NCBI GenBank assembly: GCA_016188115.1 | Contig: JACPIK010000002.1 | Coordinates: 680,077-744,076, forward strand | Reading direction: 5' to 3' | From: Candidatus Woesearchaeota archaeon | Lineage (GTDB): Archaea; Nanobdellota; Nanobdellia; Woesearchaeales; GW2011-AR9 | Length of the DNA stretch: 64,000 bases | Part shown: positions 37,833-48,087 of the stretch, piece after piece | How positions within the stretch are numbered: position 1 is the first letter of the stretch | Layout: each line of letters begins with the position of its first letter | Translations under genes and position numbers: made by a program | The notes under the pieces: model-generated | The model's input: only the letters and a program-made list of their open reading frames with translations | Databases searched by the model: none | What the model was told of the DNA's origin: nothing

Positions 37833-38528
37833 TCAAATCTGGCTTAAAACCAAACCCACACCATATCCAATCACACCAGCTGCTAACCCGACAAGCGTTA
37901 TCTCCAGCCCAGATTTCCAAGGATTGCGACGAGTGAAATGAGATTTTGCCAACCCCACTGCAAACAAAGCACTAATAGTAAGAAATACCGCAACAACCGC
38001 AGCAAGATCAAGTCCTAAGAATGTAAATGGAATAATCGGAAACAGCGATCCTGTTAAAAACGAGAAAAACATCACCACTGCATTACGTAAAGGATGATCA
38101 AAACGCTGTTGCGAGAGTCCCACTTTTTTTTGAATATAATTTGTTGCAAAAGTATGATTATTATGTTGAAAGTGATATAAAATTGCATGAATTTCATTAT
38201 TATCAAATTTTTCCGCTTTCAAAATTCGTGCCATTTCTTGAAGATGTTGTGAAGGATTTTTTTTAATTTCACGTTTTGCAGAACTAATCTCTTGTTCTTG
38301 AACCTCTCGTTGAGATTTAGCTGAGAGATAACTTCCTGCCGCCATAGAAAACGCGCCTGCAAGCATACTCGAAAGCCCTGCAAGAATAATCCCATATCGA
38401 CCACCACTGCCAATATAAACTCCTAACACTAACCCCAAATTAGAAACTAACCCATCTTCCATACCAAAAACAAAATCACGAATCATGTCCTTGAGATTAT
38501 TCTTCATGAAGAAAGCACCACACTGCAA
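37833..38528 (-). CDS. VIT1/CCC1-family membrane protein (putative Fe/Mn transporter)
   Basis: FGMEDGLVSNLGLVLGV motif and multiple TM helices. Confidence 0.55.
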   Translation of the reverse strand: MQCGAFFMKNNLKDMIRDFVFGMEDGLVSNLGLVLGVYIGSGGRYGIILAGLSSMLAGAFSMAAGSYLSAKSQREVQEQEISSAKREIKKNPSQHLQEMARILKAEKFDNNEIHAILYHFQHNNHTFATNYIQKKVGLSQQRFDHPLRNAVVMFFSFLTGSLFPIIPFTFLGLDLAAVVAVFLTISALFAVGLAKSHFTRRNPWKSGLEITLVGLAAGVIGYGVGLVLSQI

Positions 38529-38803
38529 GTATTCTCAATGCATTTGATTTCACCTTGTCCACAATCAAGTGTTTTTTCTTGGCAATCCATAGAACACATC
38601 ACTGCTGCGCAAGTTGGAGCATAATTTAACCCCACAGCATCCGTTGCATGACAACACGTTGCAGCAACACAATCGCTATCAGTAGAACAATATTTTTCAG
38701 GAGGAACACTGCTCTTTGCTCCAGAACACCCAACAATAAAAAGAACTGCGACCAATAGGAAAGATAAACGAAAAAAGAGACTAAAATTGAGTCGAACCAT
38801 CAT
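38504..38803 (-). CDS. Small secreted Cys-rich protein
   Basis: Signal peptide LSFLLVAVLFIVGCSG and 10 Cys in about 70 aa. Confidence 0.3.
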   Translation of the reverse strand: MMVRLNFSLFFRLSFLLVAVLFIVGCSGAKSSVPPEKYCSTDSDCVAATCCHATDAVGLNYAPTCAAVMCSMDCQEKTLDCGQGEIKCIENTCSVVLSS

Positions 38804-38910
38804 ATCACCAGATCAAAGAAAGTAATTCAAGATTAAATAAGTTGCGATAAAGAACAGGTAGTAAAGAAAACAGTAATGAACAGTAAAAAATGATTCATTC
38901 CTAAATACAA

Positions 38911-40191
38911 TCAAGGTTCATAAATAATCTTTTCACAAATCTCGCCACGCAAATTTTGACCAATAAGCCTCTTCACATCAGATGAAGAATAATTTGCCAG
39001 CAACCATGCCAATTTCACAAATGCCGTATTAGCCAACATATCTTCACCAGAAATAACACCTAATTCGAGTAAATCTCGTCCTTTGGAATACACATTCATG
39101 TTGACCCCGCCATAGATACATTGTGAAGTCATGACCACCACACAGCCACTCTCGATAACCCGTTTTAACGCTGGATAAATCTCTTTGTGAATTGCACATA
39201 ATTCATTAGGCAATTGCCCAGGCGTATGCCCTAAGCCGGTCCCCTCTATAACCAGACCTTTGTATCCTCTGAAAAACTCAAATTGTTCCGGAAACATATG
39301 AACATGAATCTTGAGTAACCCTACTTTATCTTCCATATTCGGTTTAATCACAAGAGAGGAAGAAACTCGCGGATACTCTTGAGTTAAGAAACACACTTCT
39401 CGTGTTGCATAGTCAACATGAGCATATGCCCCTACATTCACCGATTTAAATGCATCACGTCGAGAAGTATGTAATTTATACGTTTTTGTTGCAGGCAAGA
39501 TTACGCATTGATCGTCATTTTCGTGTGCATGCATACAAATCGCCACACCGCCAAAATCAGTTTTTGCAATAAACTCTGCTGCGCAAATAAGATTCATTCC
39601 CGCATCAGAACTACCACGATCAGAAGAACGCTGTGCGCCAACAAAGATAATAGGAACAGGAGTTGATTCAACAATAAACGAAAGAGCCGCAGCGCCAACT
39701 GCCAGATTATCTGTACCCATTCCGATGATAATTCCTTTCACACCTTTTTTGACATGCTCCTCAATTTTTTGCGCAATGAGCTTGAAATGAGGAAAACGTA
39801 GATCATCACTCCACATCTGCGCAATCAGTTCAGAATCAATGTTAGCAATATCTGTTAATTCAGGAAATAAACTAACTAAATCCTGCGGAGTAAAATTAGT
39901 CGCAACGCCACCTGTACGATAATCAACTTTACTTGCAATCGTTCCACCAGTATGTAAAATAGCAATCGTAGGTAAATCAGCGCGAGATGTTAGAGGAACA
40001 TGGGACAAAGCCTGTGGTGCATCGCCTTTCACAATAAGATCAATTCTCTCAATATCAACCCGTTCAAAACCCATATTGTATCCGTTTACAAGTTTGAGCA
40101 GCACAACACCTTCTTTTGGACTAGGCATAAGAATACCTTCTTCCTTTGAAGTTTTGGTAGTGATACGAACATGATCGCCAGGTTGAACCAT
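38911..40191 (-). CDS. gatD: Glu-tRNA(Gln) amidotransferase subunit D (GatD)
   Basis: Asparaginase-type motif ILHTGGTIASKVDYRTGGV plus the GatD-type N-terminal domain (MVQPGDHVRITTK). The start is trimmed relative to the track ORF. Confidence 0.75.
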   Translation of the reverse strand: MVQPGDHVRITTKTSKEEGILMPSPKEGVVLLKLVNGYNMGFERVDIERIDLIVKGDAPQALSHVPLTSRADLPTIAILHTGGTIASKVDYRTGGVATNFTPQDLVSLFPELTDIANIDSELIAQMWSDDLRFPHFKLIAQKIEEHVKKGVKGIIIGMGTDNLAVGAAALSFIVESTPVPIIFVGAQRSSDRGSSDAGMNLICAAEFIAKTDFGGVAICMHAHENDDQCVILPATKTYKLHTSRRDAFKSVNVGAYAHVDYATREVCFLTQEYPRVSSSLVIKPNMEDKVGLLKIHVHMFPEQFEFFRGYKGLVIEGTGLGHTPGQLPNELCAIHKEIYPALKRVIESGCVVVMTSQCIYGGVNMNVYSKGRDLLELGVISGEDMLANTAFVKLAWLLANYSSSDVKRLIGQNLRGEICEKIIYEP

Positions 40192-40279
40192 GAAGAATGA
40201 AAACAGGGGAGAATTTATATACGTTGCCCTAAAAAAGCAAGAGGTGGTTTCTTGAGAGTGCATTACGAGAGTATAAGAT

Positions 40280-41302
40280 ATGTCCCTATTACCCCCAGAA
40301 CTCATTAACAAAGCGTTAAATCTCGGACTTCTCAGAGTAAATGGCACTCGTCATGTTAATGCCCATTCTATTGATGTTCAAATAACCGACACCCTCTGGA
40401 CCGAACAAGACGGAGCCATCACTATCCCTCCAGAAGGATTCGTTCTTCAACCCGACCAAGTGTATGGAACAATTCTGGATCAAGCTATTCTTCTTAAACG
40501 CGAATTTATTGGAGAAATAACCACTAGAAGCAGTTATGCTCGCCTAGGAACCCGTTTAGACCCAGGACCGGCGAGTACAGATTTAACAATTGGAGGAGAT
40601 CGTGAATTCACCCCAAGATGTAATTTGGACACATTTGGCACCCATGTACGAATCTATCCTTACGAACCAATAGGACAAATATTTTTTCACACTCAATTAG
40701 AACAATTACTTGCAGAAGACATCAAAGCAGCCATGGATAGTGGAGATTTTGTAATATATAATGGCGATCGCCAACTCAGTAAGCGAGACGTAACATTTCA
40801 GCACGCACTCAAACTACACATGGATGATGTTATTCACGTTTATAAGAAAGGAAAGATCCTTGATACACGCGATAAAGACCATTCACAAGACTTTGAAACC
40901 GTTAACCTACGTGACCACCCTGAAGGATATTATCTTCCAAAAGGAGCATTCTTTATCTCTTCATCACGTGAAAAATTTGCAACGTCTAATAAGTGTGTTG
41001 CCTATGTAACACCAACAATCAATTTACGACCAGCAATGACTATAACTCAATATCCTGATCCCAACCATTTCACATTAGTTCCCTTCCTTACACATCCCAA
41101 TGCGCCTTATCATGCCTATGGATTAAATAATCTGCGACAAATGACATTTGAAAACTATGTCACACAACTCGAAGGAGTATATCTTCATGCAGGATGTAAA
41201 CAAGCAGAACTTGTTCTCGTACCATTTCTTAAACCAAGCGAACAAACCATGGGATCTCGTTATGCAGGACAGGTTGGCGCAACATTACGAAGAGCAGAAT
41301 AA
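40280..41302 (+). CDS. dCTP deaminase-like (dUTPase superfamily, long DCD-type) protein
   Basis: The RSSYARLG...DPG motif matches conserved motif III of dUTPase/dCTP deaminase. Confidence 0.45.
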   Translation: MSLLPPELINKALNLGLLRVNGTRHVNAHSIDVQITDTLWTEQDGAITIPPEGFVLQPDQVYGTILDQAILLKREFIGEITTRSSYARLGTRLDPGPASTDLTIGGDREFTPRCNLDTFGTHVRIYPYEPIGQIFFHTQLEQLLAEDIKAAMDSGDFVIYNGDRQLSKRDVTFQHALKLHMDDVIHVYKKGKILDTRDKDHSQDFETVNLRDHPEGYYLPKGAFFISSSREKFATSNKCVAYVTPTINLRPAMTITQYPDPNHFTLVPFLTHPNAPYHAYGLNNLRQMTFENYVTQLEGVYLHAGCKQAELVLVPFLKPSEQTMGSRYAGQVGATLRRAE

Positions 41303-41333
41303 TAATAATAATAATAATTTAATAATAATAATT
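41298..41333. repeat. (AAT)n low-complexity microsatellite
   Basis: aataataataataataat ttt aataataataat immediately after the stop codon. Confidence 0.8.
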
Positions 41334-41453
41334 ATAACAAATCCCAAAACAACACCGTTTCTACTATCTTTGCATTTTCTGCCTTTTCCACCTCTGCTCA
41401 TACTAAATCTTTAAATAGCCCTTTCTTTGAAAGAACAACAAAATCAAAAATAG

Positions 41454-42872
41454 GTGGTTTATATGCAACATCAAGATTACAAAGTAAAAGACATGTCCTT
41501 AGCAGATTGGGGACGTAAAGAAATTACCATTGCCGAAAAAGAAATGCCTGGGTTGATGGCACTACGTGAAAAATATGGGCACAAAAAGCCACTCCAAGGC
41601 GCTCGTATCACAGGGTCATTACATATGACCATTCAAACAGCAGTGCTTATCGAAACATTAGTTCATCTTGGCGCCCAAGTACGCTGGGCATCATGTAACA
41701 TTTTCTCTACTCAAGATCATGCAGCATCAGCAATTGCTCATGCAGGAATTCCGGTCTTTGCTTGGAAAGGAGAAACACTTGAAGAATATTGGTGGTGCAC
41801 TGAAAAAGCGCTTGATTTTGGCAATGGAAAAGGTCCAACTTTAATTGTAGATGATGGTGGCGACGCAACCATGATGATTCTCAAAGGAGTTGAAATTGAA
41901 AAAGATCACACCATTTTAAGCAAAGATTATAGTCACGAAGGCGAAGATTACCAAGAACTAATGAAATGCCTCAAAGCGTTCTATGTTAAAAACCCTTCAC
42001 ACTGGACTAATGTCGCAAAAGAAGTGAAAGGCGTTTCGGAAGAAACCACTACCGGAGTACATCGTCTCTATCAACTACGCGATCAAGGTAAATTACTCTT
42101 CCCCGCAATTAATGTTAACGACTCCGTCACTAAATCAAAATTCGACAACTTGTATGGTTGCCGTGAATCATTAGTTGATGGAATTAAACGCGCAACTGAT
42201 GTTATGCTCGCAGGAAAAGTCGCTGTTGTTGCAGGGTATGGAGATGTTGGTAAAGGCTGCGCCCAATCACTCAAAGGGTACGGCTGTCGCGTCATAATTA
42301 CCGAAATTGACCCTATCAATGCACTTCAAGCAGCCATGGAAGGGTATGAAGTGAAAAAAATGGATCTTGCAGCAAAAGAAGGGGATATTTTTGTCACCAC
42401 CACAGGCAATAAAGACATCATCGTTGATCGACATTTTACCATGATGAAAGATCAAGCCATTGTCTGTAACATAGGTCATTTTGATAATGAGATCGATATG
42501 CATTGGCTCAATGCAAAATCTGACGCAAAACGGCTTAATATCAAACCACAATACGATAAATACACATTTAGCAACGGTAAAGAAATTTACATTCTCGCTG
42601 AAGGTCGACTTGTCAACCTTGGTTGCGCAACGGGACATCCATCATTTGTTATGAGCACCTCGTTTACTAACCAAACCCTTGCTCAAATTGAATTATGGAC
42701 GAAGCCACATGAAATTGGCGTGTATGTTCTGCCTAAAATTCTTGATGAAGAAGTAGCTCGACTACACTTAAAGAAAATAGGCGTTGAGATTGATGAACTA
42801 ACCGATTCACAGGCAGCATACTTAGATATTGCCAAAGGCGGACCATATAAACCAAACCATTATCGGTATTAG
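41454..42872 (+). CDS. ahcY: S-adenosyl-L-homocysteine hydrolase
   Basis: [17 protein letters not shown] at the N-terminus, NAD-binding GYGDVGKG, and full-length similarity. Confidence 0.9.
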   Translation: MVYMQHQDYKVKDMSLADWGRKEITIAEKEMPGLMALREKYGHKKPLQGARITGSLHMTIQTAVLIETLVHLGAQVRWASCNIFSTQDHAASAIAHAGIPVFAWKGETLEEYWWCTEKALDFGNGKGPTLIVDDGGDATMMILKGVEIEKDHTILSKDYSHEGEDYQELMKCLKAFYVKNPSHWTNVAKEVKGVSEETTTGVHRLYQLRDQGKLLFPAINVNDSVTKSKFDNLYGCRESLVDGIKRATDVMLAGKVAVVAGYGDVGKGCAQSLKGYGCRVIITEIDPINALQAAMEGYEVKKMDLAAKEGDIFVTTTGNKDIIVDRHFTMMKDQAIVCNIGHFDNEIDMHWLNAKSDAKRLNIKPQYDKYTFSNGKEIYILAEGRLVNLGCATGHPSFVMSTSFTNQTLAQIELWTKPHEIGVYVLPKILDEEVARLHLKKIGVEIDELTDSQAAYLDIAKGGPYKPNHYRY

Positions 42873-42922
42873 GATTATATTTTTAGTTTAATTTATTTTT
42901 TTCCATTTCTTTTTTGTTAACA

Positions 42923-43333
42923 TTATCTTAAGATTGAAGAACCGTTCACGTTCATTGCTAAAAGAAGTTTATAGGTACTACCACACACGATATACAAACC
43001 AGAATTAGAAGTCTGTGGAGCAATAATTGAAAATCTACTTCGCTGTAATGGAAGTCGAAGAATATCCCTATAAAGAGCCTCCTCACCAGTATGTTGTGCC
43101 TCAAAATCAAGAAAGAACGCGTTCTCGTTTTCACTAAAACTAACAGAACAAAGTCTTCCTTGAATAAGATCTGTGTGATCCCAACCCTCTGCTTCTAATC
43201 TTGTGTGCATAACAAAACCACATTGATAGAAATGACCATCTGCAACAGCGTTCATGATTTTAGTTCCGCTTGCATGAGTTAACGTTTCTAGATTAGGTTT
43301 AGCATTATCCTCAGTAGATTGTAAATGGTACAT
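42923..43333 (-). CDS. Hypothetical protein
   Basis: ORF only. Confidence 0.3.
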   Translation of the reverse strand: MYHLQSTEDNAKPNLETLTHASGTKIMNAVADGHFYQCGFVMHTRLEAEGWDHTDLIQGRLCSVSFSENENAFFLDFEAQHTGEEALYRDILRLPLQRSRFSIIAPQTSNSGLYIVCGSTYKLLLAMNVNGSSILR

Positions 43334-43433
43334 TTTTCCCTCAAAACAGAGCCTATTTTTATGTATTTAGAAGATTATTCTCACACATCACGAAAATACA
43401 TATAAACCAATTCTTCCATTATGATATTAACCT

Positions 43434-45041
43434 ATGAAATACCACGACCTTACGCTTCCGTTCAATTCTTCCATTCCCCCTTTCCCAGGTGATCCTGCAA
43501 CAGTTATTGAACACTATGCCACAATTGAAAAAGAAGGATGGAATGAATTACGCATCACCTTCAACAGTCATATTGGAACTCACATTGATGCGCCATTCCA
43601 TATGATTGCTAAAGGCAAAAAATTAGATCAATTTCCTATTGAAACATTTATTGGCGAATGTATCGTTCTCACCCTAGATCAACCAGATCTCCATTTAATA
43701 AAAGAAGGAGATATTGTATTATTTTATACGGGGCATATCAAAAAAATAGGAACAAAACAATTTTTTGAAAAAAATCCCATTATTTCCCTACCATTAGCAC
43801 AGCGTTTAGTTGAACGAAAAGTCCGCATTGTTGGCATAGATTCATACACAACGGATAATGCCCCATTTTATGTTCATAAATTTCTCTTTCAGAAAGATAT
43901 TTTAATCGTTGAAAATCTCACCAAATTAGAGACACTCGTTGGTAAACGCGGCGAGTGCATCATTGCGCCACTCAACATATCAAACGCAGATGGCGCGCCT
44001 TGTCGAGTAATTGTAAGAGAGATAGAAGAGGAGAAAAAGATGAACAAAACAAACGATGTAATTGGAATGGGTAGCCTGCTCATGGATCTACTCATTGAAA
44101 TTGATGATCAAAAACTCATTGAAATGGATTTACGCAAAGGAGAAATGCATCTTGTAGATCATGATAAAGCAAAATCAATACTGCATAAAATTGAACAACA
44201 AAAAGTAACCATTGAACAATGCCCAGGAGGTTCTGTTGCCAATACCTTGCGCGGAATTGGTCTGTTGGGAGGAAATGTTATTTGTTGTGGAAAAGTAGGA
44301 AACGATAAACATGGTGATTATTATATTGAACAGATGAGAAATCACAAAGTACTTCGTAATTTCACCAAACACAACGCCGTAACCGGACACGCCATCGCAT
44401 TTATTACTCCTGATGCTCAACGCACTTTCTCGGTTCATTTAGGAGCAGCAATCGAATTAGGCAAAGAAGACGTCATTGAAGAAGACATCGCCAAAAGTAA
44501 AATCTTACAGCTTGAAGCATATCAATTAGAAGGAAAAACACGAGAAGTCGTTCTTCATGCGATCCAATACGCAAAAAAACATGGCACTCTTGTCTCATTA
44601 GATCTAGCAGACCCAGGATTAATTCGTCGTAACAAAGAATTTCTCATGACACTTCTTAAAGATAAAGTAGATATTATTTTTGCAAACCAACAAGAAGCAA
44701 AAGAATTTACGGGAAAAGACGATGTTCATGCTCTCACTGAGTTAGCAAGACATTGTAAAACTGCAATTGTCAAACTTGGTGCTGAAGGCTCATTAATTGC
44801 TCATGACGGGGAAATAATCATGGCCCCTGCATTTACCGCAAAACCAGTTGACACAACCGGTGCTGGCGACACCTATGCCGCAGGATTCTTGTACGGCTAC
44901 TGTCATAACTGGCCATTACAAAAAGCCGCCGCATTAGGATCACTCATGGCTGCAAAGATCGTCGAACAGAAAGGAGTCAGACTAGATCGAATCGACGTAT
45001 TAAATCTCAAAAAGCAGATAGAAGAAATGCAGATAAATTAA
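43434..45041 (+). CDS. Fusion protein: cyclase-family (KynB-like metal-dependent hydrolase) N-domain plus PfkB-family sugar/nucleoside kinase C-domain
   Basis: N-domain HIGTHIDAPFHM (cyclase family). C-domain GMGSLLMDLL ... DTTGAGDTYAAGFLYG (PfkB/ribokinase signature). A single continuous frame. Confidence 0.6.
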   Translation: MKYHDLTLPFNSSIPPFPGDPATVIEHYATIEKEGWNELRITFNSHIGTHIDAPFHMIAKGKKLDQFPIETFIGECIVLTLDQPDLHLIKEGDIVLFYTGHIKKIGTKQFFEKNPIISLPLAQRLVERKVRIVGIDSYTTDNAPFYVHKFLFQKDILIVENLTKLETLVGKRGECIIAPLNISNADGAPCRVIVREIEEEKKMNKTNDVIGMGSLLMDLLIEIDDQKLIEMDLRKGEMHLVDHDKAKSILHKIEQQKVTIEQCPGGSVANTLRGIGLLGGNVICCGKVGNDKHGDYYIEQMRNHKVLRNFTKHNAVTGHAIAFITPDAQRTFSVHLGAAIELGKEDVIEEDIAKSKILQLEAYQLEGKTREVVLHAIQYAKKHGTLVSLDLADPGLIRRNKEFLMTLLKDKVDIIFANQQEAKEFTGKDDVHALTELARHCKTAIVKLGAEGSLIAHDGEIIMAPAFTAKPVDTTGAGDTYAAGFLYGYCHNWPLQKAAALGSLMAAKIVEQKGVRLDRIDVLNLKKQIEEMQIN

Positions 45042-45058
45042 AAAAAAGTAAGAACAAA

Positions 45059-45457
45059 ATGAAAAAATATCTCTGCCCAAAAGAATTCACACCTACAATG
45101 GGTTCCTATTCTCATGGAATTAGTGTGGATGTAGGCGATTCTCAAATGATCTTTGTTACAGGACAAATCGCCATGGATAAAGATGGAAACGCAGTCGCGC
45201 CAGATAACATAATCAAGCAAACGGAATTCGTATTTCAAAATATTGAAAAAATTCTTCACGAAGCAGGAGCATCATTAGAACATGTTGTCAAAGCCGTGAT
45301 TTATGTTACTGATATTTCCAAATTTAAAGAGATTTCAGCCATTAGAAATAAGTACTTTGCAAATTCTAAGCCAGTAAGTACATTAGTAGAAATCAGCAAA
45401 ACCGTAAAAGTTGGTTGCGATATTGAGATCGAAGTAGTTGCGATTAAGAAAAAATAG
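45059..45457 (+). CDS. ridA: RidA/YjgF-family enamine/imine deaminase
   Basis: PTMGSYSHGISV....FVTGQIAMD...V.A.IYVTD is typical of RidA. Confidence 0.8.
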   Translation: MKKYLCPKEFTPTMGSYSHGISVDVGDSQMIFVTGQIAMDKDGNAVAPDNIIKQTEFVFQNIEKILHEAGASLEHVVKAVIYVTDISKFKEISAIRNKYFANSKPVSTLVEISKTVKVGCDIEIEVVAIKKK

Positions 45458-45466
45458 AGGAGCACC

Positions 45467-45841
45467 ATGAAATCAGTTTTTATCGCTAGTTCACGCAAGT
45501 ATTATGATTCAGTAAAAGAGATAAAACATACACTTGACACCCTGCACGTAAAAGGTTTCTACCCTGATTTTGATTTCCAAGATGAAAGAGCAGAGAAAAA
45601 CGAAGAACTCAAGAAAAAATTAACATTAAAACACTTTCCTGAAATTGATCAAGTCGATGTTCTCTATGTTTATGCAAAAGAGGGTTATGTAGGATATTCA
45701 GTTACTATTGAAATTGCGTATGCCTACGCTAAAAGAAAAGAAATAATTAGCTCAGAAGAGATCAGAGAATTAGGAGTAAAAGCATTAGTTTCAAAGGTTA
45801 TGAACCCAGAAGAATTTGTAAGATATGTCTCTAAGGATTAA
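45467..45841 (+). CDS. Nucleoside 2-deoxyribosyltransferase-like (Rossmann-like) small protein
   Basis: VFIASS...VDVLYVYAKEGYVGYSVTIEIAYAYA resembles the NDT/LOG-like fold. This is a weak call. Confidence 0.3.
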   Translation: MKSVFIASSRKYYDSVKEIKHTLDTLHVKGFYPDFDFQDERAEKNEELKKKLTLKHFPEIDQVDVLYVYAKEGYVGYSVTIEIAYAYAKRKEIISSEEIRELGVKALVSKVMNPEEFVRYVSKD

Positions 45842-45911
45842 GAGATACGGCAAGATGATTAAAATTTTAAATTCTGGAAAATTTTATAAGAAGTAGAAGC
45901 ATTATGAATCC

Positions 45912-46433
45912 ATGATTGAAGTAGAGTTAAAATTTCTAGATATCAACATCCCCCAAATAAAAAGAAAACTACAAAATATTGGGGCAAAGTTGGTGTACGA
46001 CCAGCAGATTGAATCTCATTCTTTTGTAAAAGAAGGTTTCCATAGCAGCGATTCTCATCAAAAGTATTTACGTGTACGAAAAGCAGGAGATGAAATTACT
46101 CTTACCTACAAAGAACCGGCGAGCAAATCGGATATGGGCTCTCGAGAAGAATTGGAAGTTAAAGTGAATAATTATAACAACATGATTACAATTCTTGAAG
46201 AAATAGGTTTTCAAAAAGAAAAAGCTTTTCGCAAACATCGGATACATTATGAGTTAGGCAACATTAAATTCGAACTTGATACCGTAGAAAATATTCCAAC
46301 CTATCTTGAAATTGAAACACAAACCAAAAAAGCAATGAGAGAGATTTGTAAAAGGTTAGATATAGATATTAATTTTGGTAAGAAAGGAACTATTGTAGAA
46401 ATATTGCCAGAGAAATTTATATCGAAGAAATAA
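45912..46433 (+). CDS. CYTH-domain protein (CyaB-type class IV adenylate cyclase / triphosphatase)
   Basis: N-terminal EVELKF (ExExK) and the CYTH beta-barrel pattern (YLRVRK...ELEV...ELD). Confidence 0.7.
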   Translation: MIEVELKFLDINIPQIKRKLQNIGAKLVYDQQIESHSFVKEGFHSSDSHQKYLRVRKAGDEITLTYKEPASKSDMGSREELEVKVNNYNNMITILEEIGFQKEKAFRKHRIHYELGNIKFELDTVENIPTYLEIETQTKKAMREICKRLDIDINFGKKGTIVEILPEKFISKK

Positions 46434-46450
46434 ATCTATTTATCTAAAAT

Positions 46451-47500
46451 CTACTTATACATTCTTTCAATCGCTTTCTTAATCTCATCTTGATGAGGTG
46501 CCAATGTCTTTGGCTCAGCAGCGACGACAGCAGGAACACTAACAGCAGGTTTCACCACAGCAACTTCTTTCACTTTCTCTGCTTTAATATTCCACGTCTT
46601 ATCTTTGATCTTAGATTGAATAGAATCCAAATTATACGTTGCTGGTTTTGGTTGCCAATGCATATCTTTCAATGAATCATCAGCAAAACGAGCTAACACA
46701 TGCGCAACCAATCCACTTCCAGGATTGTCATCGCTGTTACCAGATTTAATCACAATGTTTGTTCCTTGCGCACCTAGACCTTCAAAAAGAGCAGATGCTG
46801 CCATGGAAGCGACAGTAAACAGATGCGCCCCACTCTCCCCATTTAACTTACTGAAATCTTTTGTTTCTTCTTTAGAATAAATTTCTATATGTCCTTCGAC
46901 AACACCTTTGGCAGGAACAATCACTAAAACTTTTTCATCTTCATAGAGCAACGTATTCTTTGTTGCAACATCTTTTAATTTATCAGATCGTCCGCCAGAT
47001 CCAGTATGCCAGCTCGCCGGACTGCGTTTAAAGTGAGCTCCCATCATTGCAGGAAAATTTTGTACAAACAGTTGCTTTTTATCATCTTTCATGACTGCTT
47101 TGCGTTTGTCAAAAAAGAAATTGAAGAAACCATCTTTCTCCTCACGAGGTAAGATGTGAATCAAAAAATGTGGTGCCTGTTGACCAGCAACGCCACCATT
47201 CGCAATAAAAATGTTACAGCCCGTAGAAATAATGCCACCCATAACGGCTTTGGTCATCTGCGGCAGTAACCCATACAGATATGCAGATTCTTCTGGAGAC
47301 ATGTAAGGCGCAATAGGATAATGCTCTTTAGGCATGAAGAGAGTATGACCTTTAAGAGCAGGATAAATATCAAGCATGGCAATAGTTTTAGAATCCTCAA
47401 AAACAGTCTTTGCCTTCATCTCACCAGATATTAATTTACAGAATACACACTGTTTCTTTTGTTCATCGAGTTGTTTCTTTTGCTCTGGTGTTAGTTGCAT
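46451..47500 (-). CDS. Tandem HIT-like domain protein (GalT/Ap4A-phosphorylase-like)
   Basis: Two HIT-like halves. CVFCKL plus a histidine-triad-like PHFLIHILP in the first half. Confidence 0.5.
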   Translation of the reverse strand: MQLTPEQKKQLDEQKKQCVFCKLISGEMKAKTVFEDSKTIAMLDIYPALKGHTLFMPKEHYPIAPYMSPEESAYLYGLLPQMTKAVMGGIISTGCNIFIANGGVAGQQAPHFLIHILPREEKDGFFNFFFDKRKAVMKDDKKQLFVQNFPAMMGAHFKRSPASWHTGSGGRSDKLKDVATKNTLLYEDEKVLVIVPAKGVVEGHIEIYSKEETKDFSKLNGESGAHLFTVASMAASALFEGLGAQGTNIVIKSGNSDDNPGSGLVAHVLARFADDSLKDMHWQPKPATYNLDSIQSKIKDKTWNIKAEKVKEVAVVKPAVSVPAVVAAEPKTLAPHQDEIKKAIERMYK

Positions 47501-47544
47501 TGTAAGATTAATAAATCAGAATTCACTTAAGAATTTTATGATGT

Positions 47545-48009
47545 TTATGCAGGAGTATCGGCTGGTACTATATATTTTTGAAAATCTTTAGAGGAAATAT
47601 CATAAGAATAATCTTCTAAAATTTTTGGGAGTAACAAATCACTAATTCTAGGAAGTTTGGACTTTTGAGGTCTGAAATAAGAAAATGATGGATATAGAAC
47701 GCTATTAAAATTAGGAAAACGAAAAAAATCTATATTTAAATTAATCTCTGCCGGTAATGGTGGCAAATATTCTTTATCTGTTTGCGTAGGAGCTACTGGT
47801 TCGCTAGCCGCAGCAACTCGTCCATCTAAATCAGCTTGATAATCTGCACCCATCTTAGGACGACCGACTTGAAGTGGAGCTGGTCGTTCCATAAAACCAG
47901 CGAAATCATACATTGTTTCAGGATTACCACTCGCTTGCGCTTGAGCAATCCACCTATTGTGAGCTGCTTCAAAATGAGGTCCACGTCTTGCAGGAGGAAG
48001 ATAATCCAT
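47545..48009 (-). CDS. Hypothetical protein
   Basis: ORF only. Confidence 0.3.
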   Translation of the reverse strand: MDYLPPARRGPHFEAAHNRWIAQAQASGNPETMYDFAGFMERPAPLQVGRPKMGADYQADLDGRVAAASEPVAPTQTDKEYLPPLPAEINLNIDFFRFPNFNSVLYPSFSYFRPQKSKLPRISDLLLPKILEDYSYDISSKDFQKYIVPADTPA

Positions 48010-48087
48010 AAATCAGAGAAAATAGCTTTTCTTTAAAAAGCTTTTGAGTATTACTACTGGAAAGAGACAAAAATGATAAATCCAAAT

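Noticed and set aside
38911-40347. 52-codon N-terminal extension of gatD
   Set aside because: The extension overlaps the divergent gene start region and lacks GatD homology. The conserved GatD N-terminus begins at MVQPGD (40191).
41298-41333. AAT-rich stretch as a possible CRISPR or regulatory array
   Set aside because: It is a simple trinucleotide low-complexity tract with no repeat-spacer structure. No CRISPR-like arrays were seen anywhere in the window.
43434-45041. Cyclase-family and PfkB domains as two separate genes
   Set aside because: The reading frame is continuous with no stop between the domains. A separate PfkB start at MNKTND (about 44040) cannot be excluded but would be in-frame and nested, so I report it as a fusion.
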